A stretch of 61,447 nucleotides of DNA, the filler included, from an uncultured virus (IMG/VR IMGVR_UViG_3300005239_002421) (Duplodnaviria > Heunggongvirae > Uroviricota > Caudoviricetes). It is 6 parts of one record of this genome, joined end to end, with 100 filler letters (N's around TTAATTAATTAA, not from the genome) between each part and the next. Parts side by side here need not be neighbours in the genome. Positions count along the whole stretch, not along the records: positions 32,208 to 57,276 come from IMGVR_UViG_3300005239_002421; positions 57,377 to 61,447 come from IMGVR_UViG_3300005239_002421; 4 more parts are not named here. One strand, 5' to 3'. Below are positions 50,583 to 61,447 of the stretch, in pieces. The notes under the pieces are model-generated. The model worked only from the letters and a program-made list of their open reading frames with translations. It made no database searches and had not been told where the DNA came from. How positions within the stretch are numbered: position 1 is the stretch's first letter; each line of letters opens with the position of its first letter. The position numbers and the translations under genes were made by a program.

Positions 50583-51274
50583 TTAATTTTGTGCACCGGG
50601 CTTCAATCTTCCGGATGCTATGTCGGCTCTTATCTCGCCTAATTTTTTAATCAAATCTTTTATTAATTGGTCTGCATCTTTTTTATATTGTATCATTTCA
50701 ACACAATTTTTAACAATAGACTCAATATTGAATGCAATGGCTTTTTGTTCACTTTTGGTAATCTTCTGACCGGCATCAGATTTACTCTCAATAGTTTCAG
50801 CTTCATTTTTCAATGATGCACTTGGTTTTAATGAACCATCTTTGGTTGCTCTTCCTGATTTAATATTTTTTTCAGTTGTATCTTCTGCCTTTAATAAAGA
50901 ATTAGATTTTTGTTTTAGAANNNNNNNNNNNNNNNNNNNNNNNNNNNNNNNNNNNNNNNNNNNNNNNNNNNNNNNNNNNNNNNNNNNNNNNNNNNNNNNN
51001 NNNNNNNNNNNNNNNNNNNNNNNNNNNNNNNNNNNNNNNNNNNNNTTTTTTATTAGTGTCCTTAGATTTTTTTGCTTTAGCTTTTTTGTCAGCTTCTGCT
51101 TTTTTATTTGCTTTAGCTTTTTCTTCATCCTCCAAGGCTTTAAGTGCTTCTTTAGCAGCTTTTATCCTAACCTCTACCTTATCAGCAAACTTTTTATTCC
51201 TTTCTTTACAAAAGTAGATTTAAGACCTCTTGGTTCTTAATTTTCTTCTTTAATTCTTCTATTTTACTTGCCAT
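50583..51274 (-). CDS. Lys/Ala-rich basic protein (gap and indels inside)
   Basis: ATG at 51274 (MASKIEELKKK), KAKANKKAEADKKAKAKK; TATATTTG at 51294-51301. Confidence 0.55.
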
Positions 51275-51349
51275 TTTCTATTGTTTTATTTTACAAATAT
51301 ATTATTTTTTAAAATAACTTACTACATTTGTATGGTTAATTTAATATTA

Positions 51350-52965
51350 CTACTTTAATGTTGTTAACTTCTTTAAGTTTTTATCAATCAATTTTTGTAT
51401 TGACTCTACCCTGAATGAATTAATTCGTTTTTCATCTGATGTTACACTAGCATCTAAATTTTCTAAACTTACTTTTAATTGATTATAAAGATAGTCCAAA
51501 CTAAAATTAACTTTTAGTGATTCATCTGACTTTAATTTTTTGACTTTTCCTCCTTTTTTCATACGAGATTTTGCTCTAACTCTATCTGCTTTGCCCGATG
51601 AAATAGCACCAAAGTATCTTTTCTGTTTATCAGTTAATTGCTTTCCATTTGCAATACCATCATCTAGTATTTGTTTAGCTTTTGTAGGTGTAAGCCCTCC
51701 TTTTTTAAACTTTCCTTCGTTGTCAATATAATATAAATCTCCTTCATATTCAAAACCTATAGCTTCTTGACCCCATTTTCTAGCCCATTCTTTTACTTTA
51801 GAAACTACTTTTGCTTCATTCTTACTCCAATCCTTTTCATTAGCAAATACTGATACTTTAACTATATCCTCTTCTATTATTTCTCCTGACTGAGATTTGT
51901 AACCTCCATCTGTTTCGGTTTCAGTATATCCTCCAAATTCATTTGCTACATAGTTCTCTACTTCTTTAACTCTACCTTCTAATTCTTCTTCAGATATTTT
52001 ATCTCCTACATTAGATGTAGATGGGACATAAATAACAAAATTCTTATCAAATTTAAATTCTTTTGACAAGGCACCACCTTTCTCATAAGGACTTGATACC
52101 CAAAGTTCTCCTCCTTTTTCCATCTTCAATTCCTTTTCATCTACTTTGGCTGCCTTACCTCCCATTACCGCACTATACACCCTAGCTTGAGCCCATTGCT
52201 CTTTTGATTTAACATTAGGTCTAACACTCGATGGATTAGTTTTATAGGCTCCTATGCCTTTATTGTATATTTTTTGAATTCCTTTTTTTGAAACACCGGT
52301 ATCTTCTGCTATATCCGATAATGAATTTGATGCATCTAAATCATTTCCATACTTTTTATTATATTTTTCTTTCCAAGTCTTTGCCTCTTTGGTCTTACCA
52401 CCTTTTTTAAATTCAGTTGGCTTATTNNNNNNNNNNNNNNNNNNNNNNNNNNNNNNNNNNNNNNNNNNNNNNNNNNNNNNNNNNNNNNNNNNNNNNNNNN
52501 NNNNNNNNNNNNNNNNNNNNNNNNNNNNNNNNNNNNNNNNNNNNNNNNNNNNNNNNNNNNNNNNNNNNNNNNNNNNNNNNNNNNNNNNNNNNNNNNNNNN
52601 NNNNNNNNNNNNNNNNNNNNNNNNNNNNNNNNNNNNNNNNNNNNNNNNNNNNNNNNNNNNNNNNNNNNNNNNNNNNNNNNNNNNNNNNNNNNNNNNNNNN
52701 NNNNNNNNNNNNNNNNNNNNNNNNNNNNNNNNNNNNNNNNNNNNNNNNNNNNNNNNNNNNNNNNNNNNNNNNNNNNNNNNNNNNNNNNNNNNNNNNNNNN
52801 NNNNNNNNNNNNNNNNNNNNNNNNNNNNNNNNNNNNNNNNNNNNNNNNNNNNNNNNNNNNNNNNNNNNNNNNNNNNNNNNNNNNNNNNNNATAAGAATTA
52901 TAATTACCTTTTTCTCTTTCACTATTTCTTATAGCTAATAGTTTTTTCTTTTTTTCTCTATCCAT
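51350..52965 (-). CDS. xxGG-repeat polyprotein D (DUF5824-like and SAM-lyase/DUF3574-like modules); spans gap
   Basis: Frame open from the gap edge at 52426 to 51350; FKKGG x2, MEKGG, YEKGG, MKKGG; probable ATG at 52965. Confidence 0.7.
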
Positions 52966-52968
52966 AAC

Positions 52969-55900
52969 CTATAATACTTTTTTCATTTTTTCAATTTCTT
53001 CCATCAATTCTTTACGCAATCCCTCATCTTTTTCTTCTTTTATCATTGATTCAAGAATATCTATTTGTTCTGCAATTTCTTTGTCAAACTTTTTTAAATC
53101 TACTTTACCACCTTTTTCCATAACTAAATCTCCATCTTCATCAAGGTAATAATCTGCATCTTCATCAGTTTTAACTCTGTTTTTTAATTCCCATTCTATA
53201 GCTTCTTCAGGTGTAACAGAGCCATATTCTCTGTCTAATTCCTCATCATAAAAACCATTGTCATAATCCATAACTACTAAAAACTCAGCAACTCTTTGTC
53301 TTTTATCAGACACTTCTCCACCTTTTGCAAATTGTTTATTATACTCTTCGGCTCTTTTTTCAATTTTATTTTTTATTACAATTGGAGCCTTTTCATAAGT
53401 AATTGTTTTACCCCAATGGCTTATGTCAGCAGGAAATTCTGCTCTGTTTCCTGCATACATATCAATACTCATATTTGGCATAGTATGATGGTTCATTTCA
53501 TACACATCTCCGTGCATTACTATAGTATAATCTCCATCCAAGCCTTGATATATGTCTATTTCATTCATATCTAGCTTTCCTCCATCTTCAAGTAATCTTG
53601 CTCCACTATTGTCAGATTTAACAAAAGAACTACCAACACTTTTTCCTGAAGTAGATTTTATTTGATTTATAAACTCCTGTAATTCTGCCTCACTTAACTC
53701 AAAAGTATTTACATTCCTATTCATCATATCTGAGGATAAGTGCCAACTTGTATTTCCTGATTTGCTTAAAATACCTTTTCCGGTAGGCAGGTGTATCTCT
53801 CCGAATTTCTTACCACTTTGAATTCTTATTTTATCAGTTTTCTCAGTAATTGGATATACTATAAAATCTTGTGGCTTTCTCATACCTTTAACCTTTAAGT
53901 CAAAAGATGTAGTTCCCATTATATTTTTCTTATAGTTTGTTATTGGGGAATCAGTTTCTCCACCTTTTGCATTTATAGGAGTTCCATCATATTTTCTGTT
54001 TTCGCCTTTGGAGTTTTTTAATACCTCAAACCCATATTTATCACTTAACTCATAATCTTCTGTCCACTCATCCTTTCTTTTGTCTTTCATTAAGTCCTCT
54101 AAACTCTTATAGGTTTTATATGTTCCTCCATCGGTTGCCTCCCACTCTTTAGTAATTTCATTATAATCTAATATATAGTTTCCTACTTCTAATTGCTTTT
54201 CTTCAATTAACTCTTCATACTCATCTTTGTCTATACCCCAATAATTTCCTTCAATAAATCCACCTTTTTCAAATGGCTTCATTACTACTCTTTCTCCCAA
54301 AGGATAAGTATCGTTTACTCTATAAACAGTATCAATTAGCAAGTCTTTAGGATTTTCTCCTTTTGGTCGTACTCTATCAATTTCAACTAATCCTACCCCA
54401 TCTTCTTTGAATTTATTCTTTCCCCATTCAATAGCTTCTTTTTCACTAGCAAATCTTTTAGAATCTCCATATTTTAAATTATGTCTGTGCTCTAAAGCTA
54501 CTGCATTGTAGTGAGGTGTAACTCCACCTTCTGCATATTTATTATCTTTTCTTCTGTAAAAATAATCATCTGTATCTTTTATTCCATAAGTATCAACATC
54601 ATCAAAAGCACCTTTCTTTTCAAGTCTTTTTTCTATCATACTTGCACCTCTAAATGTATCAGAACTACCTAAGACCTCTCCATCATAACCATCACCTTTG
54701 TGAACAATATATCTTTTGACTTTGCCTCCTTTTGCATAAGAAGGAGTATATAAATCATATCTATCTGACATTTCATATTCTGATAAATTAATTAATCTTT
54801 GAGTTCGGTCAAGCACATCATCATATAATTCTACTACATCATTATCTGAATACTTATCTTTCTCAACTGATATAACCTCTAATGCTATGTTGCTACCTTT
54901 TTTCTGAACAAAATCTCCTTTTTTAAGGTCTGCTATATTAATCTCTCCACCTTTTGCATAAGAAGTTACCATTGGATATTCTCCTTTGTATGAGTCATCA
55001 GCTATTTCATATAGATATTCTCCATCTTTAGATACTTCAACATACCAAGTTCTTTTAAATTTACTTTTTGCTAATTCTATAATAGATTTTGGTGTGCTAT
55101 TTTTAGGAATATCAATATCTCCCAATAAAAATGCTCTACCTGTATCATCATCTTTAAATCCAACAACTTCTCCTTTGTAAGTCAAATTTTTGTCTATGGT
55201 ACCACCTTTTGCATAGTTTTTAGAAATATTTCCTTTAGTTTTTATCTTAGAATAGGTTTTTCCTAATTCAATTAATTCATCATACTTTTTATTTGCCTCT
55301 TCTAATGTTGCATATTGCCAAACCTCTTGATTTTTACCCGGTCCTTGTCTGCTTATGCCATACTTATAATTTCCTTTATACTTTAATCCATCTTGATTTC
55401 TAAAAGGGTTTAGTTTTACTAAATTAAATATCCATCCATCTTCAAAGTTGGTATATCTTAACNNNNNNNNNNNNNNNNNNNNACTTATATTGGTTCTTCT
55501 TACAGAGCCACCTTTTTCATAGTAATTTTTAACATCATCTTCAGTTATTGTTATATCTTGTCCTTCTCCTTTAATTACCGCCCACATTTCATCAGTTGAA
55601 GAACGATAATTTCTTTGATTTCGCATTTGTTTTTTAGCATATTCTATCGCATCTACCAAAGTTCTTAAATATATATTTCTTCAGATGAGTCCTTAAATTG
55701 ATACGAACCTTCATAAAAACGAACTAAATAACCTTTTTCAGTTTCTCCACCTTTTGCATAATCTTTTATAGCTTTGTCTAGTGAAAGAAAAACAACATTG
55801 GCACTTGCTCTATTAAACTTTGGATTTTTGTCATCATAATCGCTATTTAAATCATTATCCTCAGACATAAAATAAACTCTGCCGTTTTTAATATTTATTT

Positions 55901-56741
55901 TTACTAATGGCATTTCACCCGTAACCATATTATCGGTTTGGACTCTTGCTAACATTTCTCCATCCTTTAGAGGAATATGTGAGTAAAATTTTTCATCATA
56001 ATCATCTAGTTTATACAAATAATAATCTCCAATATATTTTTTATCTATCTTGTGAGCAAAGGCTCCAAAAGATTTTTGACCATTAGATGATTTTTTGCTT
56101 TCCCAAATTTTTCTTGAAGAAGTATTATCTTTTAAGTCTGTAAATATTACCTCTCCTCCTTTTGCCATTTTCTCAATATCTCCAATTAAATAACTTCCTT
56201 TTTCTCCTGAAAATTCTACTTGGTCTTTTTTGTTTTTTGATATGTCAGTAACTTTCATTGTAGTTCCACTATCTTTTATTTTTACTTTATCACCTTCATA
56301 TATAGCACCACCTTTAGCAAAGAACAAGCTATTATCTACCTTGATGTCAGAGAATTTTATATTATCTAAATTTTCTTGTGAAACCTGTTTTATTTCTATT
56401 GGTTTCGTTTCGATTTCTTCTACAGTTTCTACAAACTCTTCATCCGGAGAAGAATCTGTTTCTTGTGCAAATTTTCTTTCATCATCTTCAATTTCATCTA
56501 AAGTGTTTTGGTCTAAATCTTGTTCTACAGGAGCATCAGTATTGAGTTCAACTTCTACAGGAGCATCAGTATTGAGTTCACTTAAAGCCGCATTAATTTT
56601 AATTATTTCTTGAGCATTTTTATCATACATCATTTTATAATCACGGTCATCAAGGTCCTCTGCAAACATTTCTTGTTGCTCGTTTAAATCCTCTAAGATT
56701 TCTAATAAATCTTCTTCTGTTTTATTGGTGTAATCTTCCAT
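52969..56741 (-). CDS. xxGG-repeat polyprotein E (about 1250 aa; tracked ORFs 55665-56741 and 52969-55659 probably one gene)
   Basis: 13 motifs; one extra A near 55677 gives SEENIYLRTLVDAIEYAK and joins the two frames. Confidence 0.75.
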
Positions 56742-56746
56742 ATTTT

Positions 56747-57276
56747 TTATTTTAATGCTTCAATTTTTTCTTTAATAATTCTTATTTCTTCTTCGGCTTC
56801 CTCATCCTCTCCTACCATATCTACATACTCTTGCAAAGCAAGAAGTTCAGTATTTAATTCTCTTGTCTGAATAGTTCTTTCATCTTCTACTACTACTATT
56901 GGCTCTTCAGGATTATCTAAATCAATTATAATATCTTCTTCAGTTTTCTCTTCTACCCTTTCATCAATTTTTGCAGGAGCAATTTCTTCTCTGCTTCCAA
57001 TCATTTTTCCTTCCAAAGTCAATACAGGGTCTAAAGTTTCAATCTTTTCTATGACCTCATCATAATCCCACACTTCACTTGGGTATCTACCTGCCGGTAT
57101 ATTTATGTAACTGCCTCTAAATTTTAATTCTTCTTGTTTTTTATTCTCCTTTTCAAGAAATGCTAAGTCTTGTTTTTCCTCTTCCCACACTCCTTTGCTT
57201 GTTTCTGTCATTGTAGTAGGGGCTTTGCTTTTAATTGCTGCCTGTACTGCTAATAAATTATTATTGGCATCTACTA
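56747..57276 (-). CDS. Acidic protein (5' in gap)
   Basis: Frame open to the gap; C-terminus EEIRIIKEKIEALK. Confidence 0.6.
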
Positions 57277-57376
57277 NNNNNNNNNNNNNNNNNNNNNNNN
57301 NNNNNNNNNNNNNNNNNNNNTTAATTAATTAANNNNNNNNNNNNNNNNNNNNNNNNNNNNNNNNNNNNNNNNNNNN

Positions 57377-57575
57377 CAATGCTTTCCGGCTTAAACAAGA
57401 AAGTATCGAATGTATTCATAAGTAACTCGTATTGCTCTTCTATTTGAGGAGAAACACCCTTTTTAACTTTTTTATCTAAACTTTGTAACTCTTTTAAAAA
57501 AGAATCATATCTAGGATAAACTGAATATAGTTGTTCAATTGTTACATTAGGAAATGTGTCTAAAAACTTTCTCAT
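57377..57575 (-). CDS. Hypothetical protein N-terminus (3' in gap; may join the 56747 ORF)
   Basis: ATG 8 nt after the helicase stop. Confidence 0.5.
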
Positions 57576-57583
57576 TTTTTATT

Positions 57584-60500
57584 TTATTTTACTCTTATTT
57601 TTAATAATGGCATAGACCTATTAAAATTTTCAATTAATGTTTCAAGATTATCGCCTCTATTTTTTGAGTTCGCCTCTTGAATTTCCTTCTCTACTACTCT
57701 TCTTTTTTCTTTCCACTTTTTCTCGCTATCTAATTCTTGTTGACCTTCGATTATTTTATTAGATGCACTACTTATTAATTCATCAATATCGTAGATAGAA
57801 TAATTCTCCTTTGTTTTTTCATCTTTTACTTGATTCTCAATTAAGTAGTAATAGTTAGACATAATACTTTCATTTTCAGAACCTGTTACAAATTCATTTA
57901 CTCTTCTTACCAAAGCATCATAAGTAAAGCCTTTTTTGCCTGTTTGATTTCCAAAAATTACTTTAACAATTTGCTTCCCTAAAGAAGATTCCTCGGTTGT
58001 CCTTGACATTTCTAAATTTTGCTCATCAGGTTCTAAATCAAGAATAGTTTGAATTTCTCCTTTTCTTGCCCTAATCATTCTTCTTACTTTATCAGCTACT
58101 TCATTAACCTCTGTCATTTGTGATGAGGAGTTTAGGTATATATCTTGATTTTCTAATATTATATTATTATTATCAATTTCTTTTTGAATAATATCAATTG
58201 CATCACTCATAGAAACCGGAACAAATTTATTCTCTTCTTTCCAAGCACTTCCTCTTCCTCTACTATCTACTTGATACTCATATTGTTTTTGAATATCTAA
58301 TCTTGTCTTTTCTTTATCAGCTAACATTCTAATCTCTCTGTCTATCACTAATTTGTATAGTTTATTCATAGTGAAAACATATGTATCATAAGAGGTTTTA
58401 ACCTTACCATAATTGTTTTTAATGGTATTTAATTTACCTTTTATATCAGAATATCTTGAAACCTTTGCGTTCAATTCATCAACTTTATCTTGCCAAGCTA
58501 AATCAGTTAATTGGTCAATATCAGAGATTATATTTCTAATTCTTTCTTTAGCATTTATAGTGTATTGTGTTTTATTTAATTCATAAACACCCTGCTCTAG
58601 CATTACTTTAATTTCATTAATCTTCGTTTGAAGTTTAGAGTAAATAAATGCATCTATACTATCTCTACCTAAAACATAGACTATTCGTACAAACTCCCAC
58701 ATATTATTCTGCCTCCATATTCTACCTTCTAATTGCATAGCATTAGATGGAGAAAAATCACTATCTAATACATAAAGAGTATGTGCTCTTTTATTTAAAT
58801 CAATTCCTTCTTTAATAGCAGATGAGCCTATTAGAATTTTTATTCTACCATCATTAAATTTATCTCTTATATCCTCTCTTGTTCCTATTGTTTTTTTCTT
58901 TCCGTTTTCATCAAGCATTACTTTATTGAATTTATCAGTAGCATCTAAAGTTTTAGACATACCACCTGTAATTATACCAATTTGGTCTTTTGTAATTACT
59001 TTTTCTTTTTCTTCAATATTATCGTAATATTTAATCTTTCTGTCTACAATATAAGTTTCAATTAATTCGTATAAATTATAGTAGTACCNNNNNNNNNNNN
59101 NNNNNNNNNNNNNNNNNNNNNNNNNNNNNNNNNNNNNNNNNNNNNNNNNNNNNNNNNNNNNNNNNNNNNNNNTGCATATTTTATTTTAGGACTATTCTCT
59201 ACAAAGTTTTTTGCAGATTTAGATTTATCATCAGGATATAAAGGAAAATCTTTAAGCAAATCATTTGGTGTATTTCCGGACTTATCACATTTAAGTAAAT
59301 AAGGAGAAATAACACATAGTTGACCAAATCCTTGCCCTACTATTGCTCTAGCTAATCTTACTTCGTTTTTGCTATTTACAGTTAAGTCTATATCTTGATA
59401 ATTACTATCGTATAAACTCTCTTCATCTGCCATATCTTTAAGTGTTTCAGGCTCAAACAATGCCTTGTCTACTTTAGATTGTTTACTAGCAATTCTTCCA
59501 TCTTCAGGATATTTTTCTCTTAATTCTACTAATATTTTTCTTGCCTTATGAAATAATTCTATCCACTCATTACTTTCTTGCTCTTCTTGTTTTGCTTTTT
59601 TAAGAATTTCATTTACTTCTTCTATTGAATCTTCTACTTCTTGATTAGCATAAGTTATCAACCCTGTTTCTTCTTCAACTTTTATTGCCTCTCCATAATT
59701 AGGGCAGTATTCAAATGGAATATCAATTTTTCCCTCAACATATTCTGCTATTTTCTTTAGAATTTGTTTTTGAACATCACTTAATTCGATATAACTAGAA
59801 ACATTTTGAAGTTCGGGTGCCCATTGAACAGATGATGTATTTGCACCTGCTTGAAAACCTCCATCAGCACCATCTTGAGGTATAATATACTTTAGTGGTC
59901 TTTTAGCCTCTATAATTTTATCTGAAACTTTAAAATTAGCCATTGACTTAATAAAGTTAGCCATAGCTGCACTATTATAATAGCTTTTAATTTCAGGAAA
60001 TAATCCAAAAGTTTGTCTGTGAGTAATGTTATATCTCCACTCTTCTTTTACAAATGTTACAAAGAAGTCCCAAACAGACATAATGTTACTGTCTTTCATC
60101 TTTTCAAGATTAGTCATACCAAATACAGAAAACATTTGAAATATATTATCTGTAAAAGGAGTAGCAGACATTAGTATCGTATTGTTAACATTTTGATTCT
60201 CTTCTTTAGATTGAATTTGAAATATTAAAGCCATTAAATTAGATGGAGCAGTAGTTAAACTTCCCTTACCTGATGAATAATACTTTAATCTATAAGCTGC
60301 TTGAGCCTCGTATTTTTCTGTTTTTATATTTCTTTTAAAAGGATGATGGTAGTTAGTATCATCTTCTATCTGAAGTCCTTGAGTAGAGTTTATATTCTCT
60401 CCATCCGGTAAAAATTTAAGAGCCGCACTTGCACTCATTGTTGGTAATATGTGGAAGTCTTTATCAACCTTTTTCTGACCACCTCTTAATGGTGCAACAT

Positions 60501-61447
60501 TGGAAAGCATATGCTCTCTTGGCTTACTAATAAGATTATTGAAATTATGTATTTCATCTACACAAATCCCATCAATATTTAATTTTCTTAATGATAAAGG
60601 TTGATTTGCTAAATTATCAAAGAACCTGTTAGTGCTCTTATTAACATATCTTACATCTTCTACATTTTGAACATACATCTTAGCTTTTTCTCTAGCTTTT
60701 GAAGTAGCACGGAATTGTTTAATAGCTTGATGAGAACAAAGCACAATTTTATTTGGTTTTAAAACTTCAGGTCTGTAGATGCCTAATACATCAATTAACA
60801 TACCTTCAATCTTTTTTAATAAAGCCGTAACTTTTCCTGTATTCTTACTTCCTATAGGATTAAAGAACTCTAAACCTACTTTGTTTTCAAGTGATTTAAT
60901 TTTACTAATTCCTATTTCTGTCAATGCACCTTCCCATTCTGTATTTAAGGCTTTTGTTTCAGAAACAATTTTATCATACTGTGCTTGAGTAATAACACCA
61001 TCTTTAAGTGCATCCGAAGGATTATCTATCCATCCTTTTTGTGGATATGAACTTTGTGCAATAGCATAGTTTTCTATATTCTTATTTGCTTTAGGGTCTG
61101 CTTTTTTCCACCATTCTTGAATTGACTGTGGGTATTCTGTTATTTTCAGTTTTTTATCGCCTGTAAAGTCCTGTATAGTATATCTATAGCCCGTTTTAAT
61201 TCTTTCAAATTCACTATCTACTTGTGCAATATTATAATCAATTAACCTTTTGATTTTATTAATTATTTCTTCACTTGCCTCAAATATTGGTCCATCATCA
61301 AATAGCTGAGGTATTTTTGTAGGTAAGTAATCAAATAAGAACTCTTCATACCATTCTTCTGCATTTGACTTTATAGAGGTTTCAGAGAATCTTCCTCCTT
61401 CTACTTTTCCATTGCTAAACTTAATAATTGGTAAAGTGTCCTCCGGT
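57584..61447 (-). CDS. Large SF2 (SNF2/DarB-like) helicase, 5' end outside the window; tracked ORFs 59062 and 57584 are one gene across the N gap
   Basis: VDEIHNFNNL, LMSATPF.DN, SPKI, KILIGS..KEGIDL, Q.EGRIWRQ.N; after the gap the frame YYYNLYELIETY..QIGIITGGMSKT is continuous. Confidence 0.85.

Noticed and set aside
13600..56320. Recurring DNA word CCACCTTTTGCATA / CCACCTTTAGCAAA as CRISPR repeat or recombination site
   Set aside because: Spacing is irregular, it is always in one coding frame, and it shows synonymous variation, so it encodes the YAKGG/FAKGG peptide. A secondary role as crossover microhomology cannot be excluded.
56523..56580. Tandem duplication (ELNTDAPVE x2); similar VEEQAN x2 near 9030-9075
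   Set aside because: Ordinary in-frame slippage in low-complexity linkers.
2138..57376. Repeated TTAATTAATTAA palindrome at five sites
   Set aside because: Always embedded in N runs, so it is an artificial contig linker. Contig order across these joins is not guaranteed.
5412..60988. Plus-strand ORFs in the six-frame track, and ORFs made mostly of X
   Set aside because: They are antisense shadows of minus-strand genes or artefacts of N gaps, with no motifs.
1..61447. Eukaryotic giant virus or cellular origin; alternative genetic code
   Set aside because: Peptidoglycan enzymes, RecT, RusA and bacterial terminators point to a phage. No housekeeping operons are present, and ORFs tile densely under the standard bacterial code.

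Overview
A very AT-rich viral (phage) scaffold. It is several contigs joined by N-TTAATTAATTAA-N spacers and shows homopolymer-type frameshift errors. Almost all genes are on the minus strand. Read in transcription order (right to left) it holds: a large DarB/SNF2-like helicase; acidic multi-module proteins punctuated by a repeated [YFML]-x-x-G-G motif; a PAP2 phosphatase, Amidase_3, RusA and a DnaA-C-like HTH; glycosyl- and methyltransferases flanking an FtsK/HerA (A32/P9-like) ATPase; a probable beta-sandwich major capsid protein followed by a strong terminator; an HEXXH metalloprotease; dozens of small single-TM proteins, many Cys-rich and sharing a [WFYM]-x-N-[AQH]-x-[GA] motif; further xxGG proteins (one with an ArdA-like segment); Mn/Fe-SOD, a holin-like gene, a DUF2272 hydrolase and a capsid paralogue; then exonuclease, HNH and RecT genes. 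No terminase, portal, HK97 capsid or tail genes are recognisable. The best reading is an unusually large tailless, membrane-containing virus of a Bacteroidota host (TAnnTTTG promoters, no Shine-Dalgarno). The most novel candidate system is a set of motif-punctuated, probably protease-processed polyproteins carrying anti-defence modules, plus a second motif marking structural proteins. All family assignments come from motif recognition by eye; no searches were run.
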